Below, in pieces: positions 55,737 through 64,000 of a stretch of 64,000 nucleotides of DNA. The position numbers were made by a program, and so were the translations under genes. How positions within the stretch are numbered: position 1 is the first letter of the stretch; each line of letters starts with the position of its first letter. Under the pieces are notes generated by a model, which was given only the letters and a program-made list of their open reading frames with translations, was not told the origin of the DNA and made no database searches. The stretch is from Epithemia pelagica. Lineage: Eukaryota > Protista > Bacillariophyta. The stretch covers positions 124,001 to 188,000 of the forward strand of contig OX337232.1 in NCBI GenBank assembly GCA_946965045.2, given 5' to 3'.

Positions 55737-56483
55737 CTAATCATCATCATCATCATCATCATCACTTTTCGAATCTTCGGTACGGTCGGATTCAGTTGTA
55801 CGGTCCAAATCATCGGCACTGTCCAATTCGTGGTTCTCCGGCGGCTCCAAGTTCTCCAACTCATCCGAGTCCTCTTGTTCGTGGTGATTCGTCTCGTCTG
55901 GTTGGAGAAATGGCACAATAGCCTTCATCACAATCACCACTTGGTCGCACCGATAGTGACGTTTCTTGTGTTGCTTCCATCCGCTTGCATACCACCGACT
56001 CCACTCGAGAAAGGATGTGTTCCCATTCTCATCATCCATACTGTTCAAGCAGGCAAACTTCCACACGGCCAACTCCAACAAGGAGATGCGTTCCCAGTGT
56101 TGGTACTGGCGCAAGAGTTTGTGGGCGTCTTGAATGACACTTGTTGCTGGATCGGCATCCATGGCGGTTCTTCCAATGATTTCGTAAATCTTGCCCTGCC
56201 ATGGACCATGGGGAGACAGTTGTTCGTCCATTTGCTCGGGAAGATTGCGAGCTGCATCCCGCACTTGGAGAAATCTTCGAGTGCGACGGAGCAATTCCTG
56301 GAGAGCGCGCTTGTGCTGCGGCAATGTTTCATGCGTGTCTTGGTCCCTTTTGCCAACCACGTGGGCTTGGCAGAGTGCACAAACGTTGTCGCGCAGAAAG
56401 TAGGAGGGATACTCTCGAACTCGAATGTCGATAAACTGGGACCGACCATCCTCCTCCTCGTATCCAAACCATGTAAATGGCAT
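55737..56483 (-). CDS. Zn-finger-like + LLELAVWK family protein, copy 9
   Basis: Probable start MPFTWFGY at 56483 by alignment with 33147; CALC-x12-H-x5-H; poly-Asp tail. Confidence 0.75.
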   Translation of the reverse strand: MPFTWFGYEEEDGRSQFIDIRVREYPSYFLRDNVCALCQAHVVGKRDQDTHETLPQHKRALQELLRRTRRFLQVRDAARNLPEQMDEQLSPHGPWQGKIYEIIGRTAMDADPATSVIQDAHKLLRQYQHWERISLLELAVWKFACLNSMDDENGNTSFLEWSRWYASGWKQHKKRHYRCDQVVIVMKAIVPFLQPDETNHHEQEDSDELENLEPPENHELDSADDLDRTTESDRTEDSKSDDDDDDDD

Positions 56484-56751
56484 GTTGGTGTTGTGGTTGG
56501 TTTGTTGTTGGTTTTGTGTTGAGAGCTGCAGCGCTGCGATATTTGAAGCCAACGACTTGCTATTGTCGCTCTGCATCATGGATTTCTCATTTCTCCATAT
56601 CGCGGACGGACAACCGGACTGGCACCCCAAGAATGGGGAAAAATAAGAGGGGGTGAGGGCGAATGATGGGGCAACGAATGAGAGAAGGAAGGAAACAAAA
56701 GTATACCCCCCCCCCCGCAACCCAAGGATTCACAAAACTCAAAACAAGACA

Positions 56752-57369
56752 ATGGCTCGAACCAACGAGGAGTATGGTTGGTTGAACTTTATTGGCTTTG
56801 GAGTCAAGTCGTTTCATTCGCATCGATATTGTTATGACAAGGGGGACGACATTTGTGCCCTCTGCAATACCCATTTCGGTAGCAACGAACAAACTCATGA
56901 AGACACGCTGCAGCACCAACGCGCAGTGGAGGAGATTCTCGTGTTGACGCATGAAATTCTAAAATCCCGCGACAACTTCCGCCGTCTTCCCGAGCAAATG
57001 GAACAGGACCTGTCTCCGCATGGCCCTTGGCGGGGCAAGATTTACGAAGCGATTGGAAGAGAAGTCATGGAGAGGCGATCGATTCGTCAAGATGCCAATG
57101 TGCTCTTGCTCCAGTACAAACAGTTGGAACGCATCTCCTTGTTGGAGTTGGCCGTGTGGAAGTTTGCGTGCTTGGCCAGTACAGATCCGAAGAAGGACAA
57201 CCAGAAGAGGTCCTTTCTCGAATGGAGTCGGTGGTATGAAAGCGGATGGAAGCATCACAAGAAGAGTCGCTATCGGTGCAAGCAAGTGGTTCTTTTGATG
57301 AAGGCCATTGTCCCATTTCTCCACGACGACAAGACGACACAAGGACAACGGAAAAGAAGATACGGATGA
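56752..57369 (+). CDS. Zn-finger-like + LLELAVWK family protein, copy 10
   Basis: Probable start MARTNEE at 56752 by alignment with 29073; family motifs intact. Confidence 0.75.
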   Translation: MARTNEEYGWLNFIGFGVKSFHSHRYCYDKGDDICALCNTHFGSNEQTHEDTLQHQRAVEEILVLTHEILKSRDNFRRLPEQMEQDLSPHGPWRGKIYEAIGREVMERRSIRQDANVLLLQYKQLERISLLELAVWKFACLASTDPKKDNQKRSFLEWSRWYESGWKHHKKSRYRCKQVVLLMKAIVPFLHDDKTTQGQRKRRYG

Positions 57370-57399
57370 ATGGGATAACCGCGAGCCGTGGTGCAAGTT

Positions 57400-57560
57400 T
57401 TGCTGTGCTGGTGTCACTCGAGGAAGCAACATCAAGACAAGGGGAGAAATGACCCGAACCTATCTCTCGATTGGACACGTTGGGACAAAGGTGGTTGGAA
57501 TGTGCAACCAAGGTGTCATTTTCATGGCGAACACCATTCTTCCATTCCTCCACGACCCAG
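57400..57560 (+). pseudogene. Degenerate LLELAVWK C-terminal remnant
   Basis: TRTYL...CNQGVIFMANTILPFLHD. Confidence 0.5.
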
Positions 57561-57836
57561 CGCTTCGTAGAGAGACGTTTGCCACAACAAAAGCGCCACT
57601 ACAGAATCAGCAAAGTGAATCCGGCCTACCCTTTGAGGATGGGTATCAATGCTTGAAGGGATCGGCGGCGGCCTCATGTGACCACATGATTTTAACCATT
57701 CGTCATGATAGGCCGAAACGATTTCATCCACAGAACAATGACCCATCCCTGTCATGTGAACCAGTGCAAGAGCGCTTGATCCATCCGGGCGGCATGTCGT
57801 TTTGAGCCATTGGGCGTTGTCGCGCTTGTCTGGCGA

Positions 57837-58005
57837 TGAAAAGGGTATGTATTCGTAAAATTATGATAGAAGATTACCTAGTTCGTACGTTCCTAAAAGA
57901 TATGCAAGTAGTGCGTCATCCAGAGTGTGAGGCTGGTTGGGCAAGGTGACGTCGACCCTATACGTCAGCCCTATGGCTAGTCTCCATTAGGTCGCGCCCT
58001 TTTCA
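57837..58005 (-). repeat. 3' LTR of element 2 (169 bp)
   Basis: Follows PPT GAGAGGGAG (58006-58014) and is bounded by the perfect 9-bp inverted repeat TGAAAAGGG...CCCTTTTCA. The partner LTR is not in the window, so the left boundary is inferred. Confidence 0.7.
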
Positions 58006-58072
58006 CTCCCTCTCAGTCGAACACGGATGAGATAATGGCTTTGAAATGTGTAAATTGTGAGAATAGATTTGG

Positions 58073-59929
58073 TCACCACCCACAGAGGAGCTTCCGAATG
58101 TGTTCGAATGTGGTTTGTGTGAGACCTTTCGTCAAGATGTCGGCGCGTTGTTGTGTCGTATCCACTTTGACGACTCGCAGCCGATCACTGATATGCTGTC
58201 GAAACCAATGAATCTTAACAGCGTAGTATTTCGATCGTGGTGTGATCCGCCCGGGTTCTAGGTTGGCCAAAGTCAAGGCTCCCATGTTATCTTCCCAAAT
58301 TGTCGTTTTAAATGTTGTTGTGTATTCTTTGCTGAGCCCAACTCCTTCTGCAACGTGGGTCAGCAACTCTTGTAGTGGTAGGACCGATTTCAACGACTCA
58401 CTCAGTGCGTTATATTCGGCCTCCATAGTGCTCAAGGCAATGGATGTTTGTAGTTTACTTGTCCAAACCATGGGACAATTTGCCAGACAGATCACAAATC
58501 CTGTACGACTTTTCACACAGGTCGAGTCCAGCTTTTCTTCATATGGCCACAATCCAGCGAAGTCGGCGTCGACAAAACAATCGATGTCCAGACTTGTGGC
58601 GGGCTTAAGGATCAGTCCTTGGTCTTGCGTGTGCTTAAGGTACTGTCCAATCTTTTCAACCGCTTGCTCATGGGATCTCTTTGGACTGAAAGCAAAGCGT
58701 GCACATTGGCTCACCGCATAGGTAATGTCGGGGCGACTGTGTGCCTGTAAATATTGTAGCATCCCAATCACACTTGCATAATTGTATCTGCCTTGTGGGG
58801 GATCTCCATTCTTGTCCTCTATCAGGGGCTTAGAAAGAGCTGGGGTACAACTCCGGTCCAAGTCACCAACTTGTAGGGCCTCTAAGATGCGTTTAATCAA
58901 GCCCTTCTGTACTAGCTTGATTGTTCCTTGGGTCTCGTCCCTTTCAATATGGACACCCAGAAAACCAGCAACGCTATCCTCAACATCGAGTTCTGCGTGC
59001 TCTTCGGTTTTCAGTCTGTTGAGTACCTCATCAATGTACTCTCTTTTGGGACTGTAAAATAGCGTGTCATCCACATAGACTACGGCTATTACCTTGTCCG
59101 AAATAAATAGGCATGGATCAACCGAGTCCTGGGCAACAAAGCCGACTCGTTCCAATTGCCCTTTAAAGTGTTGAAAGAAATTCCGTGGGGCTTGTTTCAG
59201 GCCGTACAGTGAACGCTTCAGCTTCAGTACTTTGCCGTCTTGTCCGAATCCTCTGGGCATCTCAACGTAGACACCGCTCCTTTCCCGCTCTTGACGTGTC
59301 ATTGAGTCCCATTTGGGATCACGATCAATTGGGGCGTGAAGGAATGCCGCAGTATAGTCTACCTGCACCGTTGCAAGGTTAAGGATAATCGACAGGATAA
59401 GCATTAGGCGGACTGTAGTCCAGTTCACCACTGGAGCAAAGGTGTCGAAGAAGTCTATCCCTTCCACCTGGTAATCTCCACGAGCACAGAATCGTGCTTT
59501 CAACTTCTTGACCGTTCCATCTGGGAAACGCTTTCTCTTGAACGCCCAAGTTGATGGGATGACGTTCATCCAAGGTTCGCGATCGACGACTATCCAGGCT
59601 TTCATCAGGCGGAATAGCGTATCGATCTCCTTCTTGCATGCTTCCATGAAGCCAGCAGCATCTGGTCCACTCATGGCTTCGTTCCATCGTGGGTTATCTG
59701 CTGCGTCGGCCTTGGTAATGAGGAACATCGGATGCATAGCTTCCACAGTTCCCGTCTTAGGGTTGGTGTTCATAGCTAGGATGCGACTCATCAGCGTTGA
59801 CTGAGATGACTTGAGGTCACGAATGGTTGAGGTCCAATCAAGTCTTGCCAGGAATGAATCGTTAAGGCAGTCACGTTTCACCTTGAGTCGCGCATAATCG
59901 TCGTGACCAAATAAGGCTTGTTCTTTCAT
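58073..59929 (-). CDS. pol: Copia RT + RNase H, element 2
   Basis: FAPVV, QVDYTAAFLHA, LYGLKQAPRNF, VYVDD; FVDADFAG, EAEY, WEDN, ADILTK. Confidence 0.9.
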   Translation of the reverse strand: MKEQALFGHDDYARLKVKRDCLNDSFLARLDWTSTIRDLKSSQSTLMSRILAMNTNPKTGTVEAMHPMFLITKADAADNPRWNEAMSGPDAAGFMEACKKEIDTLFRLMKAWIVVDREPWMNVIPSTWAFKRKRFPDGTVKKLKARFCARGDYQVEGIDFFDTFAPVVNWTTVRLMLILSIILNLATVQVDYTAAFLHAPIDRDPKWDSMTRQERERSGVYVEMPRGFGQDGKVLKLKRSLYGLKQAPRNFFQHFKGQLERVGFVAQDSVDPCLFISDKVIAVVYVDDTLFYSPKREYIDEVLNRLKTEEHAELDVEDSVAGFLGVHIERDETQGTIKLVQKGLIKRILEALQVGDLDRSCTPALSKPLIEDKNGDPPQGRYNYASVIGMLQYLQAHSRPDITYAVSQCARFAFSPKRSHEQAVEKIGQYLKHTQDQGLILKPATSLDIDCFVDADFAGLWPYEEKLDSTCVKSRTGFVICLANCPMVWTSKLQTSIALSTMEAEYNALSESLKSVLPLQELLTHVAEGVGLSKEYTTTFKTTIWEDNMGALTLANLEPGRITPRSKYYAVKIHWFRQHISDRLRVVKVDTTQQRADILTKGLTQTTFEHIRKLLCGW

Positions 59930-62900
59930 CGTTCGCGCGAGTACGCAGCATACTTAGGATTGGGCTTGCGTGCGCGCTTGCCACGACCAAAATGCATTTC
60001 ATCCGGCTGTTCCAGGTGCTGGGCACGTCTCATTTTCTCCTGTGCCCGGACTGGATCTTCCACATCCTGCTCCTCATTCTCAAAAATCACAACTTCGTCT
60101 CCAGAGTCAATGGTGGAGTTGTTTGGGCCGTCCCATACTCCATCCATCACCAAAGGAGGAATCAAGTCCTGGGGATCGTTGTCAGGAGGAGCTGCTGGTG
60201 GATTTGGCTCCACATCCAAATCAAGGGGAGGAAAAAGAGGTTCCCCATCGTTGATCTCACCATCACCATTGTCCTCTCCCTCTGGAGCCAAGGGCACCAG
60301 AGCTCCCTCTGGAGCGGCCGCTCCCTCTGGAGCAGGGGCGCGTGGAGGAAGGATAGGAGGCATAGGCAAGGGGTTAATACGAGCCATGTCGTTTTGGTGG
60401 TGCCGTAGGGCATCAATCTCTTCAGGAGTGAGCCAATCTTGGTGGAGGGGTGGTGGCTGGGGCTGCTCGTCCTCAAAGTCACCATCATCAATTCGCTCCA
60501 GACCAGAGGCCACCAACTGGTCCCAAAAAGACCCAGTAAACATATCTTGTTGTAGGACACCGCCGGTTTCGGCATTAGGAACACTTGAAAAGAGGTCGTT
60601 GTAGACGACGTGATATTGCGGGCTAACATAGCCAGTCGCAATATTCAGAATTAAGCCCACCGTGCTAGAATGGTCGGGAGAAACGCCAAGATATTGCCCT
60701 CGTCGGGCACGTGGCGACCATTTAGGGAGCTTCTTTCCGTCCTGAATCTTGGGGTCCAGTACATAGACTGGGCATCCCCACACATGGCTTCGATGTAGAT
60801 GGTCCAAGGTAGGGAAGACTGTGCCAGAGAAAAGTTCAAGCGGGGCCATAAACGAGCCACGCTTGGGAAGGTTATTCCACATCCATACTGCGTGGTTGAG
60901 GGCAAATGGCCAGAGGCTTAAATCGTGAGCATGCTCAGGCCAGTGCAACACAGCGTGTAGCATCATAGTACGGGCCCAAGAGGTTACCGTACGAACGCCG
61001 CGCTCGGCCACACCGTTTTGGTGATGGGCCCCCACACCAGAAAACGACAGGGACTGACCAGCATGTTTCACTGCGTCCACAAACTTGGTATTGCCAAAAG
61101 GGGCATTATCCGCCAGATACGACTTGACGGTGACTCCATGGTCCTGTGCAAACCGTTCGAACTGAAGTTTGGCTTCGATGGTTTCACCAGTGTTTAGGGA
61201 GACTTGATGTACACAATGCATTAGTCCCGTAGCATGGTCGATAAAGAGCGTGCCGCCAGTGTACTGGTCCTTCTTTGGTTCTTTGCCGCGTGTATGCGGA
61301 AGACGGCCAGTCAACGTCGAGTCATATTGGTCAAGACTGACGCAGTCACCGGGACGAAGATTATTTGACCGAGTGACCATAAAACGACCATCCTTGGTGT
61401 TAGTGTGCTGTGTGTTTGCACCGCGACGCCGCTGTTTTCCCAATTGACAGGCGGCACATCGCAAACCGTTGACGGGACAACTTGACACGTGACGGTGTCG
61501 TGTCCGAAGGATTCGGCGTCGATCGGTTTTAGGATCTCGACACAAATCTTGGATCCACTCAAAATTCGCATGGCTTAGCTTCCAGTGCCATGTCAACAGC
61601 TCTCTTTGAGCCTGTGTTACATTTTGATTCACTTCGTCCGCTACCGACATCAAACCATGACAATCAAACTCTTTGGACAATGCCATGACATCTTCAAAGG
61701 CAAGTCCCATCTTGGTTTGGCGGCCAGACAGCATTAAGGGGAGATTGCTGTTGGGATGAAAGGGAAACTCTAGTTCGCTTCCATCATGAAGAGTCAACCT
61801 GGAACGGAAGGCATTAACCGACAATTCGCCTTTGGCTTGTTCTTGGAAGTAGGTTTGGGGGCTAAACAGGCGGATTTGCGCCTCTGGAACGTAATAGGCA
61901 CGTGTTCGGATGGTTCGTACCACTCCAAACACGTCCTTCAGTGTCCAGGCAGCCATCCCTACTCCAACCACAGTCGTTGTACTCGACAATCCATTGAGCT
62001 CGGTTGTCTCGCAATCCTTGATTGGTCCATCGAAATCTTCCAGCCGAGGAGTCAAAGACGTTGATGCTCCTGTATCAATCACTACAGGAAGGTCGGCATC
62101 ATCGGCTGCATTGAGATAGACTGACATGCGTTGCTGCAGCAAAGGTGGCAGTGATCCTTGTTTGACTTGGGAAGGCACAGCACCAGTCAGCTTGGCAGCA
62201 GCAATCATTGCTTTCTGCATGCGTTTCTTTGGTGCATGACTTTTGGAGAAAGGTGACCCACTCAGTACCCGTATAGCGTGGAACTGGGCTAGAGGATCTG
62301 GACCTTTTCTTGGCCAAGGCTTGAAGATGGCATCTTCCAGCTCCTCCATCGTTCCAAACCAACGAGAAAGTCGCTCTGATGTTCGATCTGGCGGCTCCTC
62401 TTGTTGTATTGTCCACGTTGTAGGGACATAGATTCCTTGGAAGTTAAACTCATAGCTATCCGTTGCACTTCTTCGTGGTATGGTAGCTTTCTTGTGTTTC
62501 GGTTTCTTGCCTCGCCTTGCGCGTCGTCTTGGAAGGCGCGCTCTGGCTTTGGTAAAGGGAGTCCGTTGAATATCAATCGTACCAGCCCATGTAACCGTCG
62601 AATCCGTTACGACGTTAAAGGCCATACTCTGTGTGGTAAAGCGCCGTCGTACGTGATAAATCCGAGTCTTGCGACGTCGTCGTATCTGGTTGGGACCAAA
62701 CATCGCACGCGAAAAAGGGTTGCGTCCACGTGCACCTCCCTCTCGCAAACAGATGGAGACGAAAGACGCACAAGCGAACGGACAAAGGGGGCAATACTGT
62801 GACTCAAAGGACAAGGCCCAGTGCATCATGGAACGAAAACACAAAACGAGGATCACAGAAAAAGAAAACAACAACCAAACTGAGGTTACCCAGGTATCCC

Positions 62901-62964
62901 TCCTGGGAAGAGAGGTTTGAGGGAAAGGGTGGCCTGCATCGACACGAGGTCGACGGCCACGCCA
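59926..62964 (-). CDS. pol: Copia protease + integrase, element 2
   Basis: VVIDTGAS; WHWKLSH...CAAC; SLDQ, LADNAPF, HQNGVAERG; CPVYVL. The frame is open from 62964, immediately after the gag TGA. Confidence 0.88.
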   Translation of the reverse strand, partial: WRGRRPRVDAGHPFPQTSLPRRDTWVTSVWLLFSFSVILVLCFRSMMHWALSFESQYCPLCPFACASFVSICLREGGARGRNPFSRAMFGPNQIRRRRKTRIYHVRRRFTTQSMAFNVVTDSTVTWAGTIDIQRTPFTKARARLPRRRARRGKKPKHKKATIPRRSATDSYEFNFQGIYVPTTWTIQQEEPPDRTSERLSRWFGTMEELEDAIFKPWPRKGPDPLAQFHAIRVLSGSPFSKSHAPKKRMQKAMIAAAKLTGAVPSQVKQGSLPPLLQQRMSVYLNAADDADLPVVIDTGASTSLTPRLEDFDGPIKDCETTELNGLSSTTTVVGVGMAAWTLKDVFGVVRTIRTRAYYVPEAQIRLFSPQTYFQEQAKGELSVNAFRSRLTLHDGSELEFPFHPNSNLPLMLSGRQTKMGLAFEDVMALSKEFDCHGLMSVADEVNQNVTQAQRELLTWHWKLSHANFEWIQDLCRDPKTDRRRILRTRHRHVSSCPVNGLRCAACQLGKQRRRGANTQHTNTKDGRFMVTRSNNLRPGDCVSLDQYDSTLTGRLPHTRGKEPKKDQYTGGTLFIDHATGLMHCVHQVSLNTGETIEAKLQFERFAQDHGVTVKSYLADNAPFGNTKFVDAVKHAGQSLSFSGVGAHHQNGVAERGVRTVTSWARTMMLHAVLHWPEHAHDLSLWPFALNHAVWMWNNLPKRGSFMAPLELFSGTVFPTLDHLHRSHVWGCPVYVLDPKIQDGKKLPKWSPRARRGQYLGVSPDHSSTVGLILNIATGYVSPQYHVVYNDLFSSVPNAETGGVLQQDMFTGSFWDQLVASGLERIDDGDFEDEQPQPPPLHQDWLTPEEIDALRHHQNDMARINPLPMPPILPPRAPAPEGAAAPEGALVPLAPEGEDNGDGEINDGEPLFPPLDLDVEPNPPAAPPDNDPQDLIPPLVMDGVWDGPNNSTIDSGDEVVIFENEEQDVEDPVRAQEKMRRAQHLEQPDEMHFGRGKRARKPNPKYAAYSRER

Positions 62965-63999
62965 TCAAGATAAGTTCTGCACCTGGGTCATTAAAGACTC
63001 AAGGGTGCGCTCAAGAACGCGACGAGACTGAGCGTGGGTCGTCGCAGCAGAGCCAGTGGCAGCAACATTGGCAGTGGCACCAGCAAACCGCACTGGGGAG
63101 GTCGAGGTCGAAGAGTCGGTTGCTGGAGCGGCTTGATCATTGGCAACATTGCCTTGAGGCTTGTTCCAACGTTTGGTAGTGGCATCCCAGTGCATGGTTT
63201 TGCCATCAATGATGCGCTTGCCATTCTCGTCGGACGAAGGAGGGCGCCACTTGTTAGAGCTACGGTTACGATCGCCATTGCCGTTGCCAGCGCTGGCCTT
63301 CTTCTTGGCCTGATATTTTTGACGATTGGCCTCAATGAGGGCTTCGTTCTTTGGTTTGGGGCAGTCCTTGATGGTATGTTCCCCACCACAGTTCCAACAG
63401 ACGGGCTTCCATTTCCGAGAACCGCCTGAATCAGCCGTGAGGCCACCAGCCGTGAATGTAGAGGGGCTTCCCCGTGTCTTGCTCCCCGTCCAATCGTTGG
63501 AGCGACAAAGGGAGAGATATTCTTGCTCGGCTAGATCCAACAAGGCTTCAACAGAGGGGATCTGGAACTGTGCTTGGGTAGATGGCGTAGAGCGAGTCAA
63601 GGCGCCAGCAATGCGTGCTTGGCTCTCAATTAGCTCAAACACTTTATTAAACTGATCCACGGAACTAGTCTGTAAGACCTTTAGAACCGTTTTAGAGAAA
63701 TCATCGGGAACATTCGAAATTGCCTCCAATCGTTCGTGAGCACCGAGGATGAGGCTTACGATCTTAGAAACATTCTCCCCACGGACTTTAGAAATCTTAA
63801 GATTTTCAACTGTGTCTACAAGATTCTTCGTTGCTTGTTCGGTGTGGGTCACGAGAAGCTTCATCATGATCACAAAAAGTAAAGGACCACCTTGCTGTTC
63901 GGTCTTGTAACGTTTGTACCGTTCATAGACCTTGGTCCAAAGGGAATTCTTCATGCTGGCCTCAAGTTGCTTCGCGGTTAACATTAAGTTTTCACGATA
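62965..63999 (-). CDS. gag: Copia gag (partial), element 2
   Basis: GGPLLFVIMMK, LKISKVRGENV, knuckle CWNCGGEHTIKDC; reading frame open to the window end. Confidence 0.85.
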   Translation of the reverse strand, partial: YRENLMLTAKQLEASMKNSLWTKVYERYKRYKTEQQGGPLLFVIMMKLLVTHTEQATKNLVDTVENLKISKVRGENVSKIVSLILGAHERLEAISNVPDDFSKTVLKVLQTSSVDQFNKVFELIESQARIAGALTRSTPSTQAQFQIPSVEALLDLAEQEYLSLCRSNDWTGSKTRGSPSTFTAGGLTADSGGSRKWKPVCWNCGGEHTIKDCPKPKNEALIEANRQKYQAKKKASAGNGNGDRNRSSNKWRPPSSDENGKRIIDGKTMHWDATTKRWNKPQGNVANDQAAPATDSSTSTSPVRFAGATANVAATGSAATTHAQSRRVLERTLESLMTQVQNLS

Positions 64000-64000
64000 C

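Larger units (their letters stand above)
54960..57805. repeat. Block B of inverted segmental duplication (partner ~28015-34530)
   Basis: The reverse complement aligns with block A across genes, pseudogenes and intergenic DNA. Confidence 0.8.
57837..64000 (-). mobile_element. Second Ty1/copia LTR retrotransposon (element 2), 5' part beyond window
   Basis: gag (open to the window edge), PR-IN ORF, RT-RH ORF, PPT and 3' LTR. Confidence 0.9.

Noticed and set aside
1-64000. tRNA, rRNA or telomeric repeats
   Set aside because: None recognisable by eye; the only tRNA-like sequence is the 15-nt PBS.

Overview
Eukaryotic genomic DNA, most likely from a diatom. This is an inference from diatom-style copia gag/pol motifs, signal peptide + 'A-FAP' plastid-targeting leaders, FAS1 proteins, short GT-AG introns and the LLELAVWK protein family. 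Host genes: BTB/POZ-like paralogs, a YkgJ-type Cys-cluster protein, a COQ10-like START protein, a very large OSCA/TMEM63 channel (3 exons), a plastid-targeted hypothetical protein, a DSBA/FrnE oxidoreductase, a two-domain fasciclin, and a 2-exon sensor kinase. That kinase has a microbial-rhodopsin-like N-terminus (RWCEW...DVLAK, Schiff-base Lys retained) fused to PAS-like, HisKA, HATPase, receiver and Hpt-like modules. An uncharacterised intronless family (C2H2 zinc-finger-like motif + LLELAVWK domain) occurs as 10 open ORFs plus many decayed copies, partly in an inverted segmental duplication (about 28.0-34.5 kb vs 55.0-57.8 kb). Mobile DNA: a CRE-like non-LTR retrotransposon whose empty site is visible in the duplicated block, a TA-flanked MITE, one complete very young Ty1/copia element and a second copia element running off the right edge. 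Top observations: (1) in both unrelated copia elements gag and pol are in the same frame, separated by one UGA followed by a GC-rich stem-loop (CARYYA context in the first), suggesting stop-codon readthrough; (2) the rhodopsin-kinase-REC-Hpt phosphorelay protein; (3) a non-TGG primer-binding site resembling the D-arm of initiator tRNA-Met, together with a 6-bp TSD.
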